This document shows, piece by piece, positions 24,326 through 37,630 of a DNA stretch of 64,000 nt. The notes under the pieces are model-generated. The model worked only from the letters and a program-made list of their open reading frames with translations. It was not told where the DNA came from and made no database searches. How positions within the stretch are numbered: the stretch's first letter is position 1; each line of letters starts with the position of its first letter. A program made the position numbers and the translations under genes. This stretch comes from Octopus bimaculoides. Its lineage: Eukaryota. The stretch lies in assembly GCF_001194135.2 (NCBI RefSeq), contig NC_068990.1:82140993-82204992 (forward strand), in the 5' to 3' direction.

Positions 24326-25688
24326 ATAACTATTATAAGCATGAATGATTTGTAGATTCGTTAAAACGACGGACAAAATGCCTCGCACTGTTTCCCTCGA
24401 ATCTCTGTTTCGAATTCAAATTTCATCGGGTTTTATCTTTGTCTCTTATCTTTCGTGGGTAGATAAATATATCACAGTAATTCACTTTCTGCCTAAATTT
24501 CTGGTTTTGTATCTCTGTTGGAAACAAATTTTTTCATAAGCACAGTGGCTTGAACAGCACCAAAACAAAGCTCTCGGCCAACAAAGCCAGCCACACCTTT
24601 TTGATTTCTTTTGTAATTGTCTCCATTTAATTATTTTAAATACTAATGAACGAATCATATCTTTTTATTTTTCTCTGCTTCAGTTCTAAGGTTACATTGA
24701 CTTCTTGATAAGTCCTGCTGGTCACCATAGGCGAGTAAAAGCGTCTTTTATAATTTTCCATCTTTAGTCACGTGGAAGCTCTCGATATTCAGATTACAGA
24801 ATATCGGATGTGATTGTGTCGCAACTAGAGACTTAAATACGTAAACAAACAACGCAATTACGATAGATGATTAGCTGCATGCTAATTAGTTAGCGCTAAT
24901 TAGTTAATGTTAATGAGCTACTGCAGCGAAGCTTAGCTCCGCTGTGTTCAATATGGTATAGATACACGCAAAGGATGATGGCTTTAAAGAAAGAAAAAAA
25001 ATGCCTAAACGACTGAAGCTGATTAAAATTTAAAAAGTCTTCAATTCTCGATATATAACTAGAATAAAGATTGAATGTTGACAAGAGACTGATGTATGTG
25101 AAGCTGTCATGTTTAGTTTGTATATAGCCCTAGGCCAACTACGACCGATCTTGTCCTTCCAGCGAACATTATATATATCTAGCTCCACATGATCCAATGC
25201 CGCCCTATATTTTCAAGAAAATATGTCCAATTTGAGTGAAATGTTGCTGCTATTTCTTTTAACAGGCTGAGTGACAAAAAATATTTGTCAATAACAATAT
25301 GATGACGATGTTTGATTATGAGAAGTAGGAATAATGGGAAACGTAAGAGTGGAAGGATTATGGTAGCCATATTGTTTACGAAAACCATGTTATTTCTTTT
25401 ATTCTTTTATTGTTTCAATCATTTCTTAGTTTCAGTCATTTGGTGTGTGTGGTGATGTTAGACTTACTTTGACATCTGCAGACTGAATCATCTCCCCCCG
25501 CTATCCCCGTATAACTACCATTTCTTCTTCTCTTTCCACCACTTCCCTTCCTTCCCACCAAATACATGCAAAAATACCCACATAACTCAATCAACCTTCT
25601 CACTGGTCAAAAGCAAGAACCGACACTCTGTAACAGATCCATTAATGTTATATCGCCTGAAGAAATGAATCCATGAAAATGATCTTAC

Positions 25689-25716
25689 CCGATGCCCACG
25701 GATACTACGGACTTCA
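25689..25716 (-). other. Candidate 28-bp exon
   Basis: Acceptor gacgatttcag, donor CGG|gtaaga, GC-richer than flanks; reads KSVVSVGI or EVRSIRGHR. Confidence 0.22.
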
Positions 25717-25955
25717 CTGAAATCGTCACAGGAATACGGTCTGTGATCTTAAGAGACATGTGATTTGCGGAAACGCGCGTAGCGATATTTTAAATGTTTA
25801 TAAACTTTATCCAAGGATTATTGATATTATTATTATATTTAATCTACATTATATCGGTACAGCTCGATGCAACTTCAAGAAACATCATTACACTGTGGCC
25901 GGCATAATGGAATAGGAATTTTATTTGCATATTCAAAACGTTTCCCGTAAACAAC

Positions 25956-25990
<35 letters not shown>

Positions 25991-26187
25991 NNNNNNNNNN
26001 NNNNNNNNNNNNNNNNNNNNNNNNNNNNNNNNNNNNNNNNNNNNNNNNNNNNNNNNNNNNNNNNNNNNNNNNNNNNNNNNNNNNNNNNNNNNNNNNNNNN
26101 NNNNNNNNNNNNNNNNNNNNNNNNNNNNNNNNNNNNNNNNNNNNNNNNNNNNNNNNNNNNNNNNNNNNNNNNNNNNNNNNNNNNNNN

Positions 26188-26392
26188 TGAGTCACCATCA
26201 TTGACCGCTAAATCCACAAGTTTTTTTTAATTCTCTCTGTTTATTTCCTTGTGTTCCTTTCAGTTGAAGAGCGTTGGCTCGAAACGTAAAAGACTTTTTC
26301 ACCTTCCCGAGCGTCAAACTATTACACCTGCTTGTTGTTTATACACCTGTCTTCGTCTTTTGTTTTTCTGTAAATTTCAACTATATCTATAT
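26188..26392 (+). mobile_element. Penelope-like element terminal (pLTR-type) fragment carrying a hammerhead-like motif
   Basis: tgaagagc-gttg-gctcgaaacgta motif followed by a T-rich tail ending in TA repeats; resembles the ...GA-stem-CGAAACGT ends of Penelope-like elements. Family assignment is inference. Confidence 0.5.
26254..26294 (+). ncRNA. Minimal type I hammerhead-ribozyme-like motif (variant or degenerate core)
   Basis: Stem I CTTT/AAAG, core CAGTTGA(A) versus CUGANGA, stem II GAGC-gttg-GCTC, GAAAC, palindromic ACGT stem III, putative GUA cleavage triplet at 26286-26288. Confidence 0.4.
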
Positions 26393-26671
26393 GATAAGCC
26401 TCCACACAGTTCCTGTCTATCAGATTCATTCACAAGGCAAACTCGCATATTACACATGCATCCTTTAAGTGGAACGATAAAGATATGAAAGACCGTTCTC
26501 AAGCCTAAAAATATGGCATTACTTTTGTATTCTACATTCCAGCAACGGAGCTTCGTATCTTTATTAGAAAGCAGCTTTTTCCTCAGAGGAAGAATTTAAA
26601 TAATAAATTACAAACGAGAACATACATACATGTGTATGTGTGGGTGAGAGAGAGAGAGAGAGAGAGAGAAA

Positions 26672-26704
<33 letters not shown>

Positions 26705-27229
26705 AGAAAGAGAGAGAGATGGAGAGAGTGTGTGGGTGTATATGCGACTGAGATAATGAGAGTAAGGAAATGAGAGCATAGGAGTAAGGAAGGCAAAGGG
26801 AAGACTTTTCGACTACACATATTATCTGAAGTCGAATTGCAGAGAAGGTGTACATTATCACAAGAAGCAATCAATGTTCCTTGTGAAACGGAGAAAAGAG
26901 CTGCCGAAAAATGACAAGAAATACAAGAAGAAACAGAAGCAAGGTTTGAGATAAATAGATAAGAATATCAGAAAAACACACACTCAAAAATGTAAGAAAA
27001 TGTAGCAAACTTTGAAGTAGAAAGATTACGATTTATTGAAAGGAGACTGGAATAAACCCTGCCAATTTTCATTGATACTGCGGTTGTATTCCGCTAAAGA
27101 GTCTTAGTTAAAGATAACAAGAGAAGTAAAATCCTATCAATTCTACAAGACACCCGTGTCTTTTATATAACCATTCGCATTCGGTTTACGCACGACATGC
27201 CGCTGAGGCTTAACCAGATATAGGGAAAG

Positions 27230-27385
27230 TAACACAAGGCATGACCTCATGGTTAAGAACTTCGCATCTCGGGAGCGAGGTTTCTTCTTCAGATGTGTTG
27301 GACACACTGTCAGGTCTACCCAAGCCTCGTGAGTAGAAATGAGATGATAGATTTTTATGAAGAAATCCGTCGAAAGGATTGTTTA
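27230..27385 (+). mobile_element. Very old SINE family B-like 5' half
   Basis: ggcatgacctcatggttaagaacttcgc..ttggacacactgtc..ccaagcctcgtgagtagaaat..gaagaaatccgtcg. Confidence 0.4.
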
Positions 27386-27756
27386 TTGTCGTAGGTGGTA
27401 GATGTAAGTAGAAGTAATGGACGATGACCAATCCAAAACAATAAAAAAAGAAAAAGAGACGGTTAGAATCGCGCAAATATATAGACGAGTCCAGAACACA
27501 TAAGTACCACACATACATAGTCACAAGTTTATGTGTACATATACATACAGACAGTACATGCTAGTATTGTCACATTGCGTGACAAGTAAATCAAAATTGT
27601 ACAACCAGCAGCATTATTAGTATTAGAAGGAAAAAAAGAAAAGAAGAGGAAGAAGAAAGAAAAGAAGTTAATCATAATAAATTTATTGTGGTTTGTTACA
27701 TTGATAGCGAGACCTATTGTTAGGGTGTCTAATTTAAATTCTGTAACAGAGTATGC

Positions 27757-27787
<31 letters not shown>

Positions 27788-27991
27788 TGTATGTATGTAC
27801 GTATGTATGTATGTATGTATAACATCTATATGTTCACATATATATATATATAACATATATAAACTCACATATATGCATATATACATACATACATATATAT
27901 ATATACACACTCACATATATGCATATTTATATATATATATGCACTCACATATATGCATATATATACATATAATTATATATAGGCAAATATG

Positions 27992-28047
<56 letters not shown>

Positions 28048-28540
28048 TGCATATATATATACATGCATCATACATATATTACATCATAAGCTAACGAGAT
28101 GCACGTGTATGGGAAACCTTGTGAATAAATACATACGCATACACATTTACATATACTCTATATATTTGTGCACATATACTTACAACCTTTCACACACTCA
28201 CACACACACACACACACATATATATATTTGTGTGTGCTGTATGTGAGGGAGTGTGTGCGTGTGTGAGTCTGCCGGTGTGTACGCGCCCGACTGGTCATAA
28301 ATACATACAAACATAATGTGAGACCAAGAGAAGAGAGATGGTGTTTCCAATTAGTTTCAGCCAAAGGATTTCTATAAAAGTATTGTTCTTATCAGAAATA
28401 TCTTTAGAACAATGAGACCCCCGACTGCTGTAGAACTTTTGTCTGCTCAATGTTGTTGTTGTTGTTGTTGTCCTTGTTATAGTTTGTTTTTGTACGTAAC
28501 TCATGTGTGTTACTGTGGCAATTATAGAAAAAAATCATCA

Positions 28541-28542
<2 letters not shown>

Positions 28543-28571
<29 letters not shown>

Positions 28572-28627
28572 CTTCTTCTTCTTCTTCTTCTTCTTCTTCT
28601 TCTTCTTCTTCTTCTTCTTCTTCTTCT
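28543..28627. repeat. (CTT)n microsatellite
   Basis: Pure run; source of the poly-S, poly-L and poly-E ORFs. Confidence 0.97.
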
Positions 28628-29128
28628 CGTCTGTTTTTGTTGCGTGCTATCACTGCACTATAGTGAACAGCTTCGTGGGTCTTGGGTATGTACAGCGTTC
28701 TGTTTCGGATTTGCATATTTTATTATATTGAAAGTAATCTATGTAATATGTTATGAGATATGTGTGTGTGTGTGCATATGTGTATGTATGAATATATATA
28801 TATATATATATTATTCAATAAACACAATTTATGTTTTTATGTACTACTATTAGAGTTTCATGTGCTGAGAACAAACCATATATTGTTTTATAACATGTCT
28901 GGTGTTGCAGCACAATCATCAGACAGTGCCCACATGCCATGTGAGCAGTGTCTCATAATTGTGCTGGGATACCAGACGTGTTCTAAAACACTGTTTAGCA
29001 TATTCTCAGCACATGAAACTAATAGTAGCAAATAAAAATATATATTATGTTTAGTAAATAATATTTATATCTCACAAGATGGAATACTTCTTTTGTTGAT
29101 CTTACCATCACAGAACAGTATACAATAT

Positions 29129-29164
<36 letters not shown>

Positions 29165-29922
29165 NNNNNNNNNNNNNNNNNNNNNNNNNNNNNNNNNNNN
29201 NNNNNNNNNNNNNNNNNNNNNNNNNNNNNNNNNTATATGCATGTCAGGCTGAAGTGCTTTGGTTATATATTTGCCCTTCTGACCATTCCTGATCCAATCC
29301 TTACATTCTGGTAATCTTTGTTTCATGAATAAATGACGAGGTGGGTGGTCGTCGATAGAGCCCCTTGGAATATATATCTGCTAAATCAAGGCTCACATGT
29401 GACGACACGTCTACCCAAGCACGCGCACGCACACCCACACATACACTTATATAAATCAGCGAGTAGGCCTCTGTGTAATCCCTCAACCAAGTAGAAAGCA
29501 AATATCCTTTCAGCATAAACAAACAGAAAGACGTATTTTGTTATATAGTTCAGATAATGATTGCAGAATAAAAGACTGTAAGGTCACTCGTGGTAAGCAT
29601 TTGGTCATAGTTCTGCTCATTCAAAGCTGACATGGGATTAAACAACAACGGTGACGATGGCAACAACGACGACAGCTCGATCAATTATCGTTGACGCTAA
29701 TTGGGGCAGTGAAGATATCAAAATGACAAAACGACACATAAAACTAAAATCACAAACAACTGAAGCGTTGTTACTAGTTTACGTTTAAATGTTCAATTAA
29801 GTAGTTACCAGCTGAGTCTTCAGAAACCCTAGGGTATTTAAAAATTTAGCTAAGGATATCCGGAAACTTTAAATTAAAATAACATGATTGGCAAAGACAT
29901 TGAAATTTGTATTCCCAAAGAG

Positions 29923-29966
<44 letters not shown>

Positions 29967-30061
29967 NNNNNNNNNNNNNNNNNNNNNNNNNNNNNNNNNN
30001 NNNNNNNNNNNNNNNNNNNNNNNNNNNNNNNNNNNNNNNNNNNNNNNNNNNNNNNNNNNNN

Positions 30062-30115
<54 letters not shown>

Positions 30116-32511
30116 TGAATGTGTACTGTGGGCGTAAAAGATTACCCCTGGAGTTTCTGTTTTCTCTGGAATAAAGTAATGCTTATATGCCTTTATTTTA
30201 CTCGTACCTTAAGCGTAGGAAGATAGAGCGACGAGATTATAAAAATGCTGGAAACAAGTGGCTGAAATTGTTAGCGTTTACGGTATCATAACTCTTCATT
30301 AGATGAATGATTTGTGCTCTGATCGATAAAATGGTTAAATTGGACAAAATGGATGAGTCGTATAAACTGGGTAATTTGGAGGAAAAGGTAAGGAGAAGAA
30401 TGAAATAAATTGGTAGTCGGATATGCAGAAACTCGTTTATAACTTTGCTGTTCTGAAACTAAATATGTTTTTCTATGTGGTAAGTTTATCACTGCGATTC
30501 ATGCCTGTGTTGTTTCCTAATGAATTGTGCCTCCACAATTCAAAGGTTTATAGTATCCCTCTGTATCGCTAATTCCTATGTCTTTTTATATCTTCGGCAT
30601 GTTAATCTGATAAAATATTGTGTTACTTGCCGTTGATATGTAAAAATGTTTTGCTATTTCCTCGATGAGATCTGTATGTATACAGGTAGAAAAAGTTTGC
30701 AAAGGATTTTTTTGCTCAGACACAATGGTCAGTCACTGTCTGTTTATTCGCTTTCAAATCTGATTAGCTTGGAGCAGGAGTGACCCATTTTTTGTGTTAC
30801 TGTGCTGACTCGAGGATGAATATTGTTCTAGGGTATGTCCATGCCTTGCTATTCTGACAGGAAGACCAAACCACTTTCTAAACATTTTAGTCTAATTTCC
30901 ATTGTCTTAGTGTTTTTTGTTTTTGTTTCTCTCTTTCATTTGGTATTATCTCTGACACTAACCGCCTTACTGACCCCAGTTTCTGCTGATCCGAGTCATA
31001 TCCTTTTCTTCTTTCTCTCGGTGCCCACAGAACGACGGTGAAAGAACTGACAGGACCATACAGTGAAAACTGTTCTCCTGGCCCTATTACGTAGACCCTG
31101 ACATTCATTCGTTGTACAAAGCATGACTTGAAGCCACTGGATCATAGCAGCTCTCTGAAGTCATTCTGCGAAAAGCTGGCCTGTGTGATCTTGTCACATC
31201 TGCCCATCCACGAGTAAAAAGCTTTATGGCCGCCTGTTATGTTAGACTGTGTTGGTATATAAAATGTGGACGGAGAAAATTACCTTTTTTTTTACTTGTT
31301 CCTTGTTGGGTTAAACCGGAAGGAAAGAACGAAGTGTAGTCGAGTAAGGTATTTGATATGAAACTTGATGATGCAATGGAGGGTATTTTTGTGGCCTCTT
31401 CTTTGAAATGCCTCAGCATAGGAATGTCATCTGTTTATCTCAAGTACAGTGTCATACATCGTTCATAGTTCACTACCTTGTTATCCAGATCTTCTAGTGT
31501 AAGTAAGGATGACTAGAATTCCATAAGTCTGCATTTCATCCGAAGAATCGCAAGTGGATGGTAATTTTCAGCTGAAAAACGTGTTGGTGGTGCAAATTCT
31601 ATGAGGGTTCCGAAACTTGTTGAATGGAAAACTACTGAAAATTTTGAGCTTTTTTTTTCCAGGCGCTGTTAAATGGTTTCTGCTGTTGGTATGCTGTCCT
31701 AAAGTATCAATATAATAACAGCAGAAGTCATATAACCAGTTTAATTAGCAACATAACACAGAGAAGTATTTCAGCAGAGGTTAACATGCCGAGAAAATAT
31801 AGACAGTTGTCTTAGCGACATAAACATGGATGCTGCAAATCTCTGCTGAAGAACTACATCATCTGTGTTCCTCTTGCTAAAACATCCCTGTGTGTCTTGT
31901 TAAGACGTCTGTTTGTGACTCGTTAAAACATTGGTGTACATCTCGCTAAAACATGTTATATTTAAAGCTTCCATTGCCGAGGAACTTCTCATTAGCAAAA
32001 AGAACCCTACCCTGAACTGCAGATAGGTGCTAGATACATGGAGGTACATATTTCGTATTTGTGGACTGTAAAGCACGAACGACGTATCGCATTTCCAATT
32101 CTCTTCAACTCCATTTCTCCGTTCCTTTTCCTTTGTCGTGCTCTGTATATCTAATTTACCAAGTTAAGTGTTTAGATCACAGACCAGCTTGTCTAATGAG
32201 GAATTATATACTCGAATATACTAACAAACGAAGCGTTAAAACTTGAACCTGTGACATGGCCTCAACTTAACAGTTGTTTACTATTTCAGTTCGATATTGC
32301 GTTGTTTTCTCAGTTTGTTGTTGCCATTTTACAGTAAATTGCACATAATTTCACCGAATTACAACCCACAGAACAAATATGTTGCATGAGATACGCCATG
32401 ACATTATCGTTTAAACTCTCATTTAATGATGATAAAAAAAAAGAGATGACAGGAAGAGAGCGAAGGAGAGAGAATAGAAGAACCAGAGAGAGAGAGAGAG
32501 AGGAGAGAGGG

Positions 32512-32597
<86 letters not shown>

Positions 32598-33272
32598 TTA
32601 GGTAAGAAACAGATAGTAAAGCCAAGCTGAATATTTATTACCAAATATCTCTTTTGGGTTGTAAATTATAGCGTTTATATATGGTGGTTTAGTGACATTA
32701 GCCGTCCAATTGGGACAGACCGGACAATGAATTTGGTTTTATGATGTGATAAAGGCATCCTCAACTGAATATAGCGAATCAACCAGATGTTATATTTAAA
32801 GCCTTTTTCTCACCTTTTATTATGTCAAATTCAAATCTATTTAATTATATTATCATAGAGCACAACCAAAATACTCTGTTTGTAGACTTTTCTCCCACTC
32901 ATATTGTTTTTATTAATGCATAATGTAGGAGATCAAGAAGTGTCTACACCATTTGCAGACCTTTCTAGGCTGGTGCTGTTTGTATTAATGTTCTTTATTT
33001 CATATTACATCGCAATTTATAGATTATAACATCATTGATTACTACTCCTTTACGGGTGTGTGACGGAGCCAACCCTTGATTGAGTCATTGCCTTTCTGGT
33101 AGCCAAGATAGAACAGGGAGTGTGTCTGTAACTCGGTGCAGAACAAGCATGACAAGGTACTTCATTTAAAGAGCAGCTGTTTAACGAATTTCTCACTTTA
33201 CATACTTTACTGATATACACCGATAAAAGTTACACGCACGCGCACGCACACACACACACACACACACACAAA

Positions 33273-33316
<44 letters not shown>

Positions 33317-33719
33317 TATAGTTTTGAAAATATGATTGCATTTTTGCTTTATCTTGCTTGTCATATTTTTTCTTCATATTTCCATACGAAATCCTGGATG
33401 CTTTCTTCATCTTCGGTGTGATGTGATGATATGGATGTTTTTAGTCTTTTAGTGAAGAAGAAAGGCAATGGCCATGACCATTCCCAGAGCCCCCCAAATT
33501 AGTGAAAGGAAGAGAGGGTATGGGATACTCAAACTAACGATCCCCCACCGAATGCTTGAAACAGAGTGCAACCCGCTAAAAGTAACGAAGTCCTAGGGTT
33601 GTAGAGTTAAATCAGGCGACGGATAAGTCTACTTCTATTAAATTAGGTCACGATGGGATTTGAACTCGGAAAGCAAAAACCGGATATATGCATATATTTA
33701 TATATTATTTATATTATAT

Positions 33720-33775
<56 letters not shown>

Positions 33776-34641
33776 CTTAACATCGATGTCTTGCTAGAAC
33801 ACCAAATGCTGCGTTGTTAACTTTGAGGGATCATCTCATATAGGCGTTTGGTACATAAAAGTACACATATAGAATGTAGCAAACGAGGATCGTATATATG
33901 TATATATGTATACATACATACATATACATGCATATATATAATAAATATATTAATAAATGTATGTGTAAATATATAAAAAATATATTAATAAATTTACATA
34001 TATATATATGCGTATATATAAGAAATATAATACACATATATGTATGTGTATGTATGTATGTGTATATATAGATATACATATACAGATATAAAACGCAAAA
34101 TACAAAATGCTAGCAATCGTAAAGAATTTCTAACGCTTTTAGACACTGCTTATAAATGAATCAGTGCTGAAAAGCAACGAAAACACTATTTTGTAACCTG
34201 AATCCCAAAGAATTTGAAGGTAAAGAACCTTTCCGCTTCACTTCTGGTATAAATAAGCTAGTGCACACAACTTCCTTTTTTATAGATCATACACACTTTA
34301 GCTTGCACTAAAACAGTACCAGCTCTTAGGGTAATACAATTATAGTTTTCATTCTATGTGATCAACACCGTGAGCTGGAGTTCTATAATAGTATTCTATA
34401 TTCGAACATCCATGATTAAACAGTTCTTCCTCAAATTAGCGTATTATCATTTACTATGACAAAAGGTCTAATCTGATAAAAGATCAATGCGTTTTTGTAA
34501 GTGTGCATGATCTATGAGTTGTCTACAAAATATTTGCTCGGCTATTTCTTAGCCACAGGTCTGACCGAACGGAAACAATATCGGATAATATACATCTATC
34601 ATATTTATGACAATATTATGATTATGTTAACATCGTTGTAA

Positions 34642-34740
34642 TTTGTGAAGATCATTTTGTTAATACTTACAAGTTTTGTGAAGATAATTTTGTTAATACT
34701 TACAAGTTTTGTGAAGATCATCTTGTTAATACTTGCAAGT
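34642..34740. repeat. 33-bp minisatellite x3 (tttgtgaagatcattttgttaatacttacaagt)
   Basis: Three adjacent near-identical units, no spacers. Confidence 0.92.
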
Positions 34741-35149
34741 TCTGGTTGTAGTTCACTTCAGTTATACTATTAATTAATCATTGATTATTTTATTGCAAAC
34801 TTTTCGTCTTACTGCAGCGTACTTTTCAATGATTCTCTATTCTATAATTGATTTTCGTGTTTTCAATGCCATCTCTATGTGAAACATATGCTGTGCTTAT
34901 TTCTGTTTTTATTGCTAATAGAAGATCGTGAGTTTAGGTATATTGTGACTCAGTTTGTATACACATGTGCAGCTTATAACTTGTGCATGTGTGTGTGTAT
35001 ATGCGTGTGTGTGTTCGTGTATATGTGTGATGGTTAACTTTGCTATTATTTTATCTTTGCTCCTGTGATATTGTGGTGATTGTGGGTAATGTTGTCCGTG
35101 TGATATTGTGGTGATTGTAGGTGATAATTAATCTAGTCATTCCTTCTAT

Positions 35150-35400
35150 TGATCGTATGTATAGATCAGAAGCAACTCCCAGTATGCGTACTGCATCTGT
35201 AACTTAACGTAGCACCAGATTTTTTCGGATGTGTAGAAGAAATTTCTATTACAACATTGTTATTGAGCCATTGTAAGGCATGTTGTTTTGTGTAGCTTTC
35301 TCCCATATTTCTCCTGTATAGATTGTGGTGGTGTCCTTACACTGCTCTGTGAACTTAGCGGTACACATCCTAGTTCTGTAGTTTATTTGGGAATTCATTG
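35150..35400 (-). pseudogene. Possible highly decayed CR1-like RT fragment
   Basis: IWEKATQNNMPYNG and AVRILGV resemble the WxxxNxMxFN and xLGV motifs; weak. Confidence 0.3.
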
Positions 35401-36799
35401 CAACCATTCGGTACAGATTTTCTTAAGTGGATGTGATTTAGTTATGCTGACTTGGTGAATATGACTTTTCTATTACTTCAAATTTTAAGCTTCACTTTGT
35501 GTAATGCTTTTAAAAAAGAATTTGTCTAGCGTATATCTGTAGCTTTGTGGATTATCTAGAGAAGAAGAGCAGTTATTTTTAACTGTTGTAGTCCCTGTGA
35601 TAGTATCCTTACACTGGAAACGTAACTAGAAATTTTGCTAGAAGACTGGACTTCTACTAAATAATCCCTATAACCAGGTTAAGAGAATAAATTACTGTAG
35701 CACATTTGTTAAATATAATATACGCAAGATACGCAAATATAAAATTTATATATCCATTTACAAATATAAATAGAAAAGTTGTATAGTTTTGTTGTTTCGC
35801 AGCTGGTTATCACTAATTAAACAGACCTATGATACATATGAACATACACTTCTAGTCGAGCAGCATATCTGTCTTGTTATGCTACATTTCATTCCGTCTT
35901 GCGTATTTTCTAGTGCCAAACTAGCTGTGTTGATGTTGCTACAGCAGAAGCTGGTTATGAAGACTCGGTTCAGGAGGACTTCTTGTTCGAAAGCAAAATG
36001 TCCATTAATTTACAAGATCAAAAATAAACTGCTTTAACGTTTTGGGAAAGTAGATATACGCCTCATCGTGCAAGATTCAATGCAGCTGGAACGACAGTAA
36101 GGTAAGCGACTTATATTTCTGGTATTTTAGTGTCGCTGATGAATAAAACAGCTCACATAAATTTTCAGAGGAATGTCTTGCTGACAATAATCTGTGTAAT
36201 GTAATTAAATTTAGTAATTATAATAATTCCATGTAACGTAAGAGGTCACCATAATTTTACTACTGAATAAGCATCTAACGAAAACCAGTTGATATCGTAT
36301 CCTCAGTTGATTTACTTGTAAGGATAGATGGAGTGGTTTAGTTGAATGTTAAATGAACAGCGAATTTTCTGTGAACTAGTAGCTGTCTCTGAAGTCATTT
36401 CAATGAAGGATGTGACTGAAATTTGATATTCATATATTTCCTACAAGCCAATGTTCAGAAAGTAGAATAATGATCTCTTTTCCATGTATACGCATACAGT
36501 CTGTTTTGTCTTCAGCTCACATAATTTTTTTCTTTTTCGCACATACACATGCATATGATTCTACGTTCTTGTAAATTATATATTTATTTGTATTTTACTA
36601 ACCTCAATGTTGAAGAAAACGCCGTATGAGGGCAATACGTTCAAGGTTATTTAAAACCCTACAAGTTAAGTACAACAGCAAGGCAAGGATTGCAGACATT
36701 TAATAATTTAATAGAGTATCACATCTCATACTTCCTTTATTTCAACATTGTGATTTCTTTTAGATTACATTAAAAAACTATAGGAAGAAAGTAACATTT

Positions 36800-36978
36800 T
36801 TTTTCCAGCTTTTCGTTTTGAGTTCAAATTCCGCCGAGGTTGACTTAGACTTTCATCTCTTCAGGATCGATAAAATAAATATCAGTTGAACACTGGGGGC
36901 TGATGTAATTGACTTACCCCCTCCCTCGGAATTGCTAGCCTTGTGCCAAAATTTGAAACGATTATTACTATTTATTAT
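36800..36978 (+). mobile_element. SINE family C, 5'-truncated, with (TTA)-type tail
   Basis: gagttcaaattccgccgaggttgacttagactttcatctcttcaggatcgataaaataa..tagccttgtgccaaaatttgaaacgattattac. Confidence 0.85.
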
Positions 36979-36979
36979 C

Positions 36980-37400
36980 TTTCGGCCCGGGGCCTATGGA
37001 TAACAGCCCTGGCCTGGCAGTGCTACAAGAAAACTCTGCAGGATCGAGACAAGCTTTACAGATATGGAAGCACTGTCAGACGAACCTGTCCGAGGTATGT
37101 GCAGTGTGACAAAACCGTACTGCACACACTCATCCGGTGTCCGTGCATTACTGACTTGTGGAGCTTTGTCGAACAGGTGTTATCGCGTGCAGGACGGATC
37201 CGGTTATCAGCCGAGTCCGTCGTGAAGATCGCCCTGCCGCCTTCATTTGGCCGTGAAGGAAAGGCAGTTTTCCTCTGTCTGGTGGTTATGGCGAAGGAGG
37301 TAGTGTGGTGGACGAAACTGAAAGGACTGATGACAGATATTTTCCTCTTCCACCAAGCCCTCATCGACTTTTTTCAAGTTTAAGGATGTTGAATGAAACA
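36980..37400 (+). pseudogene. Tx1/L1-clade LINE ORF2 3' fragment (zf-RVT-like domain)
   Basis: ALAWQCYKKTL..RDKL..TCPRYVQCDKTVLHTLIRCP..LWSFVEQVL...KEVVWWTKLK matches the CPxC...ETxxHxxxxC..xW C-terminal motif of L1/Tx1 ORF2; 5'-truncated. Confidence 0.8.
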
Positions 37401-37522
37401 CCTATGTTTCCAGAGGTGAATAATCCAAACCCCAAAGAATTCGTCTCAACACACGGCAATGATGCCTCCCCCAACTACTTCTGCTCGTGATCAGAGATGC
37501 ACATATCTTCAGTCACTATGGC

Positions 37523-37630
37523 CTTCTTCTTCTTCTTCTTCTTCTTCTTCTTCTTCTTCTTCTTCTTCTTCTTCTTCTTCTTCTTCTTCTTCTTCTTCTT
37601 CTTCTTCTTCTTCTCCTTCTTCTCCTTCTC
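37523..37630. repeat. (TTC)n microsatellite
   Basis: Pure run. Confidence 0.97.

Noticed and set aside
25650-25700. ctgaaga..atgaatccat..gaaa as a second hammerhead
   Set aside because: No G10.1-C11.1 pair and no stem I pairing. CTGATGA or CTGACGA at about 2918, 21776, 36138 and 44801 likewise lack the downstream architecture.
34642-34740. 33-bp x3 repeat (and 15-bp x3 at 18486) as a CRISPR-like array
   Set aside because: Units are directly adjacent with no unique spacers, there are no cas genes, and the context is eukaryotic.
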